In this document: positions 16,184 through 24,991 of the stretch, in pieces
Position numbering within the stretch: position 1 is the stretch's first letter
How the letters are laid out: the number at the start of each line of letters is the position of its first letter
Source: an uncultured Chloroflexota bacterium
GTDB lineage: Bacteria > Chloroflexota > Limnocylindria > Limnocylindrales > CSP1-4
Assembly: GCA_903928275.1 (NCBI GenBank)
Contig: CAIYQJ010000206.1
Location: 1-33,831, forward strand
Length of the DNA stretch: 33,831 nt
Direction: 5' to 3'
The notes under the pieces: model-generated
Seen by the model: only the letters and a program-made list of their open reading frames with translations
What the model was told of the DNA's origin: nothing
Databases searched by the model: none
Made by a program: the position numbers and the translations under genes

Positions 16184-17041
16184 TCAGTAGCCGACCGAAG
16201 GCAGGTACGCGCCTTCGGGCTGCTGATAGAGGCCGATCGTCATCATGTTCGTGACGAAGAAGACGCGCAGCCCGTTGGCGAGACACCACCGGAAAAGGTC
16301 GCCGTTGGCCAGTGGGACGAGGAACCCCGGCGTCCCGTAGTCGTCCGACGCGCAGATGAGCGCCCGCAGGTCGTCGTTCGTCTCGGCGACGGAGTGCGCG
16401 AAGTAGCCGATCCTCGTCGTGTAGCCGGTGATGCGGCCCAGCCGCTCCACGACCCGCGCATCGCCGCTCTCGATCGCCTCGCGCAGCTCGCCGGACCGGC
16501 TGTGGCCGTGGACACGGGTGCACAGCGCGTCGCACACGGCCTGGTCCGCCGTCACGGCAGGCCGGACCGCATAGCCCGGCATCGCCCGGCGGATGGGCTC
16601 ACCGTGCATCGCGGCGAACGATCCCCGGACATCCATCCCGAGCCTGGCGTAGAGGCCGAGAGAGCGGTTGTGGTAGGCGATCTGCAACAGCCGGACGCCG
16701 GGGGCGCGCTGCTGGCGCGCGCGCTCGAGGACCGCCTCCATGAGCATGCGGCCCGCACGCATGTCCTGCGCCGCGGGGTCGACGCTGATGGGGCCGATCG
16801 CCGAGATCGTGCCGCGCTCGTCGAGGAAGTTGCTGCCGATGATCCGCCCGTCCGACTCGGCGACCACGGCGTGGATCCGCGGGTGGTCGATGAGCCAGCG
16901 GATCGGCTCGGACGCCGCCGCGACCGTCGGGAAGTCGTGCGGGAAGCCGTGACGATCCGCGAGCGTCGCGAACGCCTCGTAGCAGATGCGCCCGGCCTCC
17001 ACCCAGTCGCCGTGCACCGCCTCGCGCACCCTGACGTCCAT
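16184..17041 (-). CDS. GNAT family N-acetyltransferase (two-domain)
   Basis: ATG 17041 overlaps the AraC stop (TGATG); motif A IGPISVDPAAQDMRAGRMLM and N.RSLGLYARLG. Confidence 0.85.
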   Translation of the reverse strand: MDVRVREAVHGDWVEAGRICYEAFATLADRHGFPHDFPTVAAASEPIRWLIDHPRIHAVVAESDGRIIGSNFLDERGTISAIGPISVDPAAQDMRAGRMLMEAVLERARQQRAPGVRLLQIAYHNRSLGLYARLGMDVRGSFAAMHGEPIRRAMPGYAVRPAVTADQAVCDALCTRVHGHSRSGELREAIESGDARVVERLGRITGYTTRIGYFAHSVAETNDDLRALICASDDYGTPGFLVPLANGDLFRWCLANGLRVFFVTNMMTIGLYQQPEGAYLPSVGY

Positions 17042-17961
17042 CAGCCCTCTCCGATCGGCCCGCCGGGAGCCCCAGCGGGAACGGCCTCGCCGCCGGTCGG
17101 CGTGTAGTACCGACGGTACTCCCCCGGCGACATCGCGCAGGAGCGGTAGAAGACCTTGTAGAACTGGTGCAGGTTGGTGTAGCTCACCGCCGACGCGATC
17201 TCGGCCACGGAGAGCTCCGTTCCGAGCAGGAGGCGCTTCGCCTCCGAGACCCGGACCTGCGTGACGTACTCCTTGAAGCTCACGCCCGTGACGTCCTTGA
17301 AGACGTGCCGGACCCGGGACGGGCTCACGTGGACGATCCCCGCGACGTCGTCGAGCGTGATGCTCTCGGCCCGGTGGTGATCCACGTACGCGAGCACGGG
17401 CCTGATCTGCTCGCGCCGATCGGCCGCCGCCCGGGCCGATCCCGCCGCGCCTCCTGCGCCGCGGCTCCGGTTGACGAGCGCCAGCGCGAGGCGGAGCGTC
17501 GCGTCGGCCAGGTGGCGCTCGGCGGGGTCGTGCCGCTCCCAGATGGCCTGGAGCTCGTGGAGGACGGGAGCGACCTCCGCGGCGAGCGCCGACGAGCCGC
17601 GGATCCGCGGCGACGCCGTCCTCTCGTCGACGCGGAACGGCGCGAGGTACCCCAGGTCGAGCTCGCGGCAGCCCGGACCGGAGATGAGCTCCGGCCGGAA
17701 GAGCACGAGCAGCAGCCGCAGCGACATCCCCGGGTCCGCGAGCGCCACGTGCGGCTGCGAGTTGTCGATGAAGAAGATGTCGCCGACCTCCGCCGCCAGC
17801 GCCCTGCGGCCGAACAGGAAGGCACCGCGTCCCTCGAGGACGACGGCGATCTCGAGGTGGTCGTGCCAGTGCATGCGATCGGCATCGCCACGGCTCGCGT
17901 ACTCGATGACCGCGAGGGGGAAGTCGGGCTCCAGGTCCTGCTGCCAGACGTAGACGGCCAT
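17041..17961 (-). CDS. AraC family transcriptional regulator (cupin domain + HTH)
   Basis: HWHDHLEI cupin, SQPH, C-terminal FKDVTGVSFKEYV...R...AKRLL...LSVAEIA..V.Y....F...F....MSPGEYR. Alternative upstream starts at 18003 and 18057. Confidence 0.92.
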   Translation of the reverse strand: MAVYVWQQDLEPDFPLAVIEYASRGDADRMHWHDHLEIAVVLEGRGAFLFGRRALAAEVGDIFFIDNSQPHVALADPGMSLRLLLVLFRPELISGPGCRELDLGYLAPFRVDERTASPRIRGSSALAAEVAPVLHELQAIWERHDPAERHLADATLRLALALVNRSRGAGGAAGSARAAADRREQIRPVLAYVDHHRAESITLDDVAGIVHVSPSRVRHVFKDVTGVSFKEYVTQVRVSEAKRLLLGTELSVAEIASAVSYTNLHQFYKVFYRSCAMSPGEYRRYYTPTGGEAVPAGAPGGPIGEG

Positions 17962-18040
17962 CCGTGCACGGTGCGGCCCGCCAGCCGGATCGGACAGGGC
18001 CATGTGGAACGAATGGCGCACGGCGGTCGGGTCGGGCAGC

Positions 18041-18074
18041 CGGTTCTGCCATTTCATCGACCCGGTCTGGCATT
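18041..18074 (+). promoter_or_regulatory. Candidate AraC binding site: direct repeat TCTG(C/G)CATT with 21-bp period
   Basis: TCTGCCATT at 18045-18053 and TCTGGCATT at 18066-18074, plus an inverted core AATGGC at 18012-18017, in the araC/OYE divergent spacer. Confidence 0.5.
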
Positions 18075-18144
18075 GCCCGGACGCGCCCGCCCGGGCAGGA
18101 TCGACGTCTCGAGATCCGCCCTCGTCACCAGGAGAGATCCGGCC

Positions 18145-20316
18145 ATGCCGTTCCCGCACCTGTTCAGCCCGCTCCAGCTCGGCAACATCGAGCTTCCCAA
18201 CCGCATCGTCCACGTGCCGACGGACATCAGCTCGTCGCACGCCGACGGCGAGGTGAGCGAGCGGGACATCGCGCATCACGGCGACATCGCGCGCGGTGGA
18301 ACCGGCTTCGTCATCGTTGGGGCGACCACACCGGACATGAAGACGGGGCGCCCGACGGTGACGTGCCTCGTCGCGGACGGCGACAACTACGTCCCGGGCC
18401 TCGCGCGCCTCGCCGAGAGCATGCACCGCTACGGCGCGAAGTGCGCCGTCCAGCTCCAGCACCCGGGACGCCAGTGCGCGATCCCGCGCTACAACACCCT
18501 GGGCGCCACGGACCGCGTCCTCAAGCTGCCCTGGTCGGCGGGCCACGAGATCGTCTACGAGAACGCGGAGGAGAAGGGCAAGGAGATCCGGGAGGCATCG
18601 ATCGCCGAGATCCTCGAGCTCGTCGACCTCTTCAGCGAGGCCGCCTGGCGGGTGAAGCAGGCCGGCTTCGACGCCGTGGAGCTGCACGCCGCGCACGGGT
18701 ACCTCCTGTCGGAGTTCATGAGCCCGTTCCTCAACATGCGGACGGACCGGTTCGGCGGCAGCTTCGAGAACCGGATGCGGTTCCCGCTCGCCGTCGTCGG
18801 CTCGATCCAGAAGAAGTGCGGCAGGAGCTTCCCGGTCCTCGTCCGGTACTCGTTCGACGAGTGGTACGCCGGCGGCCGCGGGGCCGAGGAGGGCGTCGAG
18901 ATCGCGCGCGTGCTCGAGCGGGCCGGATGCGCGGCCGTCGACCTCTCGATGGGGATGCAGGAGAGCCCGGGCGCCGGGTTCGACCCCATGCAGTACCCCC
19001 AGGGCTGGGCGACGTACGCGGCCGAGGCCGTGAAGCAGGCGATCCGCATCCCGGTCATCACGAGCCACTCGCTCCGCGATCCCGAGTACTGCGAGCAGAT
19101 CATCGCGGAAGGGAAGACCGACCTCGTGGGGCTGGCCCGACAGCTCCTGGCAGACCCGTACTGGCCGGTGAAGGCGCAGTACGGCAAGGTGAAGTCCATC
19201 CGGCGCTGCATCTCCTGCCTCGGCGGCTGCTGGCAGGAGTCGCTCATGGCCAAGCACGAGATCGCCTGCTCCATCAACGCGGCGTGCGGCAACCGCGCGT
19301 ACGCGGACATGCGGCGGACGACGAAGCCCGTGAACGTGGCGGTCGTCGGCGGCGGCCCCGCCGGCATGGAGGCGGCCCGCATCGCCACGGAACGCGGCCA
19401 CCGCGTGACCCTGTTCGAGAAGGACGCCGAGCTCGGCGGCGCCATGCTCTACGTCTGCCTGGTCCCCGGCAAGGAGAAGATGCGCTGGTACCTGGACTGG
19501 ATCCGGGACCAGCTGCTCGACCTGGACGTGGACATCCGCCTGAACCACGCGCCCACCGTCGACGAGCTGCGCGGGTTCGACCTCGTCCTCAACGCGACCG
19601 GGGCCTGGTCGTTCGTGCCCGAGGTCGCCGGGGACGCCTCGCGCGTCGTGCCCTTCGAGGAGGCGATGGCCTGCCCCAAGGTAGCGTGCGAGTGCCATCC
19701 GGGCGGCCGGAAGATGCGCAAGCTCGGCGCCCGCGTGCTGCTCTGGGGCGACAGCTACGCGGCGACGGACACCGCCGCGTTCCTGGCGGACATCGGGAAG
19801 CAGGTCACGATCGTGACCGAGAACCGCGAGTTCGCCGCGGACTGCGAGGTCATCCACATGTACGTCCTGCGCAAGCGCTTCGCGCAGGGCGACGCCGAGG
19901 TCCTCCACTCGCGGCCGTACCGGCACCCGGTCACGGTCATCACGAGCACGACGGTGGCCGAGATCCGGGCCGGGGAGGTCGTCCTGCAGGGCGCGGACTT
20001 CGAGCGGACGACGCTCGAGGTCGACGACGTCGTGACGTGCCACACGCGGCCGGACGCGGCCCTCTTCGAGGAGCTGCGCGCGGCCGGCGTGCGCGTGCTC
20101 AACGTGGGCGACTCGCTGCGACCCAGGAACCTGTACCACGCGGTGAAGGAGGGCTCGGCGTTCGGGCTGGCCGTGGACGAGAACCTGCTGTTCAACCCGA
20201 ACGGCGCGATCCTCGACGACCTGCCGATGGACGTCCTCGCCCAGCTCACCCGTGACGAGGGGCCTTCGTACACCGCCGAGCGCATGAAGGAGCTCATGGC
20301 CTCGGCCTCCCGGTAG
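18145..20316 (+). CDS. NADH:flavin oxidoreductase, OYE family with [4Fe-4S] and FAD domains (2,4-dienoyl-CoA/enoate reductase-like), 723 aa
   Basis: ATG 18145 after an AGGAG RBS; LFSPLQLGNIELPNRIV, QLQHPGR, AGFDAVELHAAHGYLLSEF.SP..N.RTD.FGGS.ENR.RF, CISCLGGC-x-C cluster motif, VVGGGPAGMEAA. Confidence 0.92.
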   Translation: MPFPHLFSPLQLGNIELPNRIVHVPTDISSSHADGEVSERDIAHHGDIARGGTGFVIVGATTPDMKTGRPTVTCLVADGDNYVPGLARLAESMHRYGAKCAVQLQHPGRQCAIPRYNTLGATDRVLKLPWSAGHEIVYENAEEKGKEIREASIAEILELVDLFSEAAWRVKQAGFDAVELHAAHGYLLSEFMSPFLNMRTDRFGGSFENRMRFPLAVVGSIQKKCGRSFPVLVRYSFDEWYAGGRGAEEGVEIARVLERAGCAAVDLSMGMQESPGAGFDPMQYPQGWATYAAEAVKQAIRIPVITSHSLRDPEYCEQIIAEGKTDLVGLARQLLADPYWPVKAQYGKVKSIRRCISCLGGCWQESLMAKHEIACSINAACGNRAYADMRRTTKPVNVAVVGGGPAGMEAARIATERGHRVTLFEKDAELGGAMLYVCLVPGKEKMRWYLDWIRDQLLDLDVDIRLNHAPTVDELRGFDLVLNATGAWSFVPEVAGDASRVVPFEEAMACPKVACECHPGGRKMRKLGARVLLWGDSYAATDTAAFLADIGKQVTIVTENREFAADCEVIHMYVLRKRFAQGDAEVLHSRPYRHPVTVITSTTVAEIRAGEVVLQGADFERTTLEVDDVVTCHTRPDAALFEELRAAGVRVLNVGDSLRPRNLYHAVKEGSAFGLAVDENLLFNPNGAILDDLPMDVLAQLTRDEGPSYTAERMKELMASASR

Positions 20317-20323
20317 ACGCGAA

Positions 20324-20392
20324 GGCGGCCGGATGCCCCCCCGGCCGCCCGAGCCCGCGAACGAGCCGGCGTCGACTGACGCCGGCTCGTTC
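20324..20392. terminator. Tandem hairpins between convergent OYE and nagA genes (bidirectional terminator)
   Basis: GGCGGCCGG..CCGGCCGCC (20324-20349) and a perfect 15-bp stem GAACGAGCCGGCGTC-GACT-GACGCCGGCTCGTTC (20359-20392). Confidence 0.75.
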
Positions 20393-20397
20393 CAACC

Positions 20398-21510
20398 TCA
20401 GCCCGGGATGCGCCATGCCCCGTCGCGCGCGACGCGCACGACCCGGAGGTCGTTGTCGAGCTCGACGAGGTCCGCGCGCTGACCCACTGCCAGGCGGCCA
20501 CGGTCCGTCACGCCGATGAGCGCGAGCGGGTTCCGCGTCGCCGCCGCGACGGCCGCCGGCAGCGGGAGGCCCGCCAGGAAGAGGTTCCGGACCTCCAGGT
20601 CGAGCGCGGTCACGCTCCCGGCGAGCGTCTGCGTCCCCGCCAGGGTCGCCCGGTCGCCGCGCACCTCGACCGCGAGCCCGCCGAGGCTCCCGTCGCCGTC
20701 CCCGGTCCCCGCGAGGTACATCGCGTCGCTCACGAGCACGAGCCGATCGGCCGGCTTGGTGCGGACGATGATCGGCCATAGAGCCGGATGGACGTGGTGG
20801 CCGTCCGCGACGAGCTCCACGTATGCATCGTCCTCGGTCAGCGCCGCCACCGCGAGCCCCGGGGTGCGATGGTCCACGCCGGTCATCGCGTTGAACACGT
20901 GCGTGGTGGACCGCGCGCCGGCGGAGTACCCAGCCCGTCCCTGCTCGACCGTGGCCACCGAGTGCCCGAGCGCGACCGCCACATCGCTCTCCGCGAGCCA
21001 GGCGATCAGGTCGAGCGCGCCGTCCAGCTCGGGCGCGATCGTCGTCGTCCGCAGGCCCGCCAGGAGCGGTGCCAGCTCAACACGGTCCACCGAGGCCGGC
21101 GTGACGATGAAGTCGGGGTTCTGCGCGCCCTTGCGGTCCGGGGAGATGAACGGGCCCTCGAGCGAGAACCCGAGAGGCTCGGCCCCGTCCACCGGGGCCT
21201 CCGGCATCCACGCGCGCACCCGGTCGGCGAAGTCGCGGAGCGTCCCGAGGCCGGCGGTGACCGCCGTCGGGAGGAACGAGGTCACGCCGCGGCGGAGGAG
21301 CGCGCGCGCCATCCCGTCGAGGTCGGCCCGGGTCCCCATCGCGTCGTGGCCGCCCCAGCCGTGGACGTGGACGTCGACGAACCCGGGTGTCACGAGCGGC
21401 CCGCCGATCTCGGCGACGTCCGTGTCAACGGCCGCGATCACGCCGTCCTCGATGTGCAGCCGCCCGGGGACGATGGCGTCGTCGAGAACCAGCCTTCCGC
21501 GCACGATCAT
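20398..21510 (-). CDS. nagA: N-acetylglucosamine-6-phosphate deacetylase
   Basis: PGFVDVHVHG, LEGPFIS...KGAQ, APE, GHS, THVFNAM, DGHHVHP, VSDAM, LAGS. Confidence 0.9.
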   Translation of the reverse strand: MIVRGRLVLDDAIVPGRLHIEDGVIAAVDTDVAEIGGPLVTPGFVDVHVHGWGGHDAMGTRADLDGMARALLRRGVTSFLPTAVTAGLGTLRDFADRVRAWMPEAPVDGAEPLGFSLEGPFISPDRKGAQNPDFIVTPASVDRVELAPLLAGLRTTTIAPELDGALDLIAWLAESDVAVALGHSVATVEQGRAGYSAGARSTTHVFNAMTGVDHRTPGLAVAALTEDDAYVELVADGHHVHPALWPIIVRTKPADRLVLVSDAMYLAGTGDGDGSLGGLAVEVRGDRATLAGTQTLAGSVTALDLEVRNLFLAGLPLPAAVAAATRNPLALIGVTDRGRLAVGQRADLVELDNDLRVVRVARDGAWRIPG

Positions 21511-21553
21511 CGAGGTCGCTCCTTTCGTCGGGTGCCCGGCGCCGATGCACCGC

Positions 21554-23017
21554 TCACGCCGGGATCCCTGGAAGCCCCGCCGCCGCGACGGCCTGCCCGT
21601 GCCGCTTGTCGCGTTCGGACGCCGTGTGGAACGTGATCCGCTCCGCGGTCGCCGGCTCTTCCGCGCGGAGCACCTCCCGCGCGCCGTCGCTGACGAGGTC
21701 GCCGCCCCGGCCGGTCATCACGCGGCCGAGGAGGAGGATGTGCTCGATCTCGTAGAAGTCGGCGTAATGGAGGATCCCGTAGCCGAGGTAGGTCCCGATC
21801 GTCCGGTAGACGTCGGCCGCCCGCGGATCGTCGTCGGCCATCCGCTCCTGGAGGAACACCAGCCGCTCCGGGAGGGCCTCGGGCGCATCGCCCGCGAGCC
21901 CGGCCGGACCGAGGAGCCGGCCCGTCGCCTGCTGCGAGAAGTACAGGGCGCCACAGCCCCGGTCGCCCGACCATTCGTCGACCGGAGCGTCGGGCGCATG
22001 GTCCACCGGGGCGAACGCGAGCTCGTTGAGCCAGGATGTGAGGTGCCCCTCGCGGGTCACGTACCCGGCGGCCTCGCTCGAGCCCATCGCGATCCCGAGG
22101 AGCGCGCCCGCGCCGGCCTGGAGCGATCCGGCGAGGGCGGTGACGTCGCCATCGTTCGCGACGACGAGCGGGACGTCGCCCCAGGCGTGGCGGATCTCGG
22201 CGAACATCCCGCGGACCCGTGTCTCGAACAGGTCGCGCGGGACCGATCGGAAGAGCGACGCGGCGCGGACCTCGTCCCCCACGTAGACGCCGGCCGCGCT
22301 CCCGCCGATCGCGTCGACGCGCGGGAGGTGGGCCGCCGCCGCCCGGAGCGACGCCATGATCTCGTCGACGTGCCACTGCGGGTCGGCGTGGCGCGCCGGG
22401 TCCCACGCGACCTCCTCGCTGAAGACGACCTCGCCATCGATGACCGCCGCGACCTTCCGGTCGCTGGCCCCGAGGTCGAAGCCGATCCGGCAGCCGTCCC
22501 GATGGCCGCCGGCCGAGGCCCTCGCCTCCGGCGCGGTCGGGAACGCCGACCGGGGCGTCCGGACGACCGCGAACCCGCGGCCGTAGAACTCGTCCTCGAG
22601 CCGGGCGTCGAACATCCCCGTCGGCGTCTCCGCGTAGTGACGGACGAGCGCCTCGAGGAGCGCGGCGGGACCGTCGACGTGGACGCGGTGGCCGCCCCGC
22701 GCCCACAGCATGAACTTGAGGAGCCGCTCGCAGTCGCGGTACGACGCGGCAGATCCCGGGTGACCCTGGGGGAAGACGATCGTCTCCCGCAGCGAGGCCG
22801 ACCCGTCGGGCTGCTCCACGGCGAGGGCGACGGGAACGCCGACGCCCGACCGACGGACCCGCCGGGCCATCGCGCGCCGCGCGAGGAAGGCGGGGGTGAA
22901 CCCGGGGTCGAGGACCGGGCGGATCCGCGGGGCACGGTCCGCCGGAGGCTCATCGTCGCGGCCCGGGGCGTCGCCGCCGTCCTGGTCGCCGTCGCGGCCC
23001 GGGGCGTCGCTGCTCAC
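21554..23017 (-). CDS. Atypical long ROK-family protein (487 aa) with an extra N-terminal domain
   Basis: GTG 23017 overlaps the upstream stop (GTGA); ROK motifs IGFDLGASD, ANDGDVTAL, GIAMGSSEAAG, NELAF; lacks the CxCGxxGCxE zinc motif. Confidence 0.75.
   Translation of the reverse strand: MSSDAPGRDGDQDGGDAPGRDDEPPADRAPRIRPVLDPGFTPAFLARRAMARRVRRSGVGVPVALAVEQPDGSASLRETIVFPQGHPGSAASYRDCERLLKFMLWARGGHRVHVDGPAALLEALVRHYAETPTGMFDARLEDEFYGRGFAVVRTPRSAFPTAPEARASAGGHRDGCRIGFDLGASDRKVAAVIDGEVVFSEEVAWDPARHADPQWHVDEIMASLRAAAAHLPRVDAIGGSAAGVYVGDEVRAASLFRSVPRDLFETRVRGMFAEIRHAWGDVPLVVANDGDVTALAGSLQAGAGALLGIAMGSSEAAGYVTREGHLTSWLNELAFAPVDHAPDAPVDEWSGDRGCGALYFSQQATGRLLGPAGLAGDAPEALPERLVFLQERMADDDPRAADVYRTIGTYLGYGILHYADFYEIEHILLLGRVMTGRGGDLVSDGAREVLRAEEPATAERITFHTASERDKRHGQAVAAAGLPGIPA
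22954..23010. repeat. 21-bp direct repeat with 36-bp period (encodes DAPGRD x2 at the N-terminus of the long ROK)
   Basis: CGTCGCGGCCCGGGGCGTCGC at 22954-22974 and 22990-23010. Confidence 0.8.
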
Positions 23018-23982
23018 CGGCCGGTCGTCGTCGCGGCGAGCCGCTCGGCCCCGTGGACCGCCGCGCCGTACGCGCCCGCCCAGATCCCGAGCTCGGCCGG
23101 CACGATCGTCACCGCGTCGAGCGAGGTCATCGTGGCGCGCCGTGCGATCTCGGCGCGGATCGGCGCGAAGAGCAGCTCGCCGGCCGCCGCGACGCCACCA
23201 CCGAGCACGATCACGTCCGGCGAGATCGCGTTGATCATGTTCGCGATCCCGATGCCGAGGTAGCGGCCCACGTCGGCGAGCCCTCGGAGCGCTCGCGCGT
23301 CGCCCGCCTGGGCGGCGTTGACGGCCTCCTCGGCGGTGGCCGTCCCGCAGGCGGCCGCGACCTGGTCGGCCCGGGCGTACGCCTCGACGCATCCGCGGTT
23401 CCCGCAGCCGCACCACGGCCCGTCCGGGTCGATCGTCTGGTGGCCGATCTCGCCGGCCGTGCCGTCGTGGCCAATCACGACGTGGTCGTCGACGACGATC
23501 ACCCCGCCGACACCCGTCCCGAGCGTGAGCCCGATCATCGACGAGGCGCCTCGCGCCGACCCGAGCCGGAGCTCGGCAAGGCCGAAGGCGCGGGCGTCGT
23601 TGACGAGGAAGGCCGGGACGCCCGTGGCCGCGGAGACGGGCGCTGCGACCGGGCGGCCCGCCCATGGCCCCGGGACGTTCGGGAGGAAGCGCGTCGCGCC
23701 GGTCGCGGGATCGTACAGGCCCGGGACGCCGATCCCGATGCTCGCGACCGGCCCGCAGCCGGCGATCGCCGTCGCCGCCAGCTCGCCGAGCTGCGCGACG
23801 ATGGCGTCCGGCACGGCGTCACGGTCCGCGTCGATGCGCGTGGGCACCCGGTCACGCGCGACCATCGCCCAGGCGCCATCGGCGTGCTCGAGGACGGACC
23901 ACTTGAGGTTCGTGCCGCCGAGGTCCAGGCCGAGATGGCGGACCCTCGGCGCGGCGGGGCCCGTCACGTCGTCCATCGTCAC
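23014..23982 (-). CDS. ROK family sugar kinase (glucokinase / GlcNAc kinase-like)
   Basis: GLDLGGTN, GIGVPG, NDARA..LAE, TLGTGVGG, AGEIGH, CGCGNRGCVE. Start GTG 23982 or ATG 23976. Confidence 0.9.
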   Translation of the reverse strand: MTMDDVTGPAAPRVRHLGLDLGGTNLKWSVLEHADGAWAMVARDRVPTRIDADRDAVPDAIVAQLGELAATAIAGCGPVASIGIGVPGLYDPATGATRFLPNVPGPWAGRPVAAPVSAATGVPAFLVNDARAFGLAELRLGSARGASSMIGLTLGTGVGGVIVVDDHVVIGHDGTAGEIGHQTIDPDGPWCGCGNRGCVEAYARADQVAAACGTATAEEAVNAAQAGDARALRGLADVGRYLGIGIANMINAISPDVIVLGGGVAAAGELLFAPIRAEIARRATMTSLDAVTIVPAELGIWAGAYGAAVHGAERLAATTTGR

Positions 23983-23992
23983 CCGCGCACGC

Positions 23993-24991
23993 TCAGGTCT
24001 GGTCCGTCACGCGGGTGTACGCGGCCGCGACGGCGACGATGATCGCGCCGAACAGGACCTGGCGGACGGCCTCCGGGTAGCCGAGCGAGGTGAGCAGCGA
24101 GGAGATGACCGTGAGGATCAGCACCCCGACGATCGTCCCGCCGAAGCCGCCCCTTCCGCCCATGATCGATGTCCCGCCGATGACGGCGGCTGCCACGGAC
24201 GGCAGGACCGCCGAGTCGACGAGCGAGACGCTCGCGACGTTCGTGTAGCCGGCGTACAGGAACCCGGCGATCGCGGCGAGGAGCGCCGAGATGATGTAGA
24301 GGACGACGAGGACCTGCCACGACCGGGCGCCGGACAGGCGCGCCGCGACAGGGTTGTCCCCGACCGCGTAGAGGAGCCGGCCGTAGCCGGTGCGCCGCAG
24401 GCCGACGAGGATGACGATCGCGAGGGGGATGAAGACGATGAGGCTGTACGGGAGGACCTCCGCGAACACGTCGGATCCCAACGTGCGGATCGCCGGGGGC
24501 ACGCCAGACGAGGTCTGGACGGTCTGGATCTGCCAGAAGTTCGCCGCCCCGAGGACGACCAGGCTCATGCCCAGGGTCATGATCAGCGGGTGGACCTTGA
24601 AGACGCCGACGCCGATCCCGTTGACGAGCCCGGCGATCAGGGCGCAGATGAGGGCGACGACGATCGCCGCCGGGAGCCCGATGCTCAGGACGAGCGAGAT
24701 GACGACGAACCCGGCCATCGAGGCGACGGCGCCGACCGAGAGGTCGATGCCCCCGGTGAGCATGGTGAGCGTCTGGCACGCAGCGAGGATCGCGAGGGGC
24801 ACGGCGGCGCGGAGCATGATCCCGACCCACTCGGTCCCGACGACGCCCGGCCGCACGATGTCGCTCACGATGACCAGGACGAGGAGCAGCGCGAGCAGCG
24901 GGATCATCGGCCGGTCGCGGAACAGGCTCCGCCACGCGGCGGCGGTGAGCCAGCGGTTCCGCGAGGGGCCGGTCGTCGCGATCCCGCTCAT
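23993..24991 (-). CDS. Sugar ABC transporter permease (RbsC-like) 2
   Basis: ATG 24991; TGGIDLSVG, P LIMTLG, GRLLYAVGDNPVAARLSG, AAVIGGTSIMGGRG. Confidence 0.92.
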   Translation of the reverse strand: MSGIATTGPSRNRWLTAAAWRSLFRDRPMIPLLALLLVLVIVSDIVRPGVVGTEWVGIMLRAAVPLAILAACQTLTMLTGGIDLSVGAVASMAGFVVISLVLSIGLPAAIVVALICALIAGLVNGIGVGVFKVHPLIMTLGMSLVVLGAANFWQIQTVQTSSGVPPAIRTLGSDVFAEVLPYSLIVFIPLAIVILVGLRRTGYGRLLYAVGDNPVAARLSGARSWQVLVVLYIISALLAAIAGFLYAGYTNVASVSLVDSAVLPSVAAAVIGGTSIMGGRGGFGGTIVGVLILTVISSLLTSLGYPEAVRQVLFGAIIVAVAAAYTRVTDQT

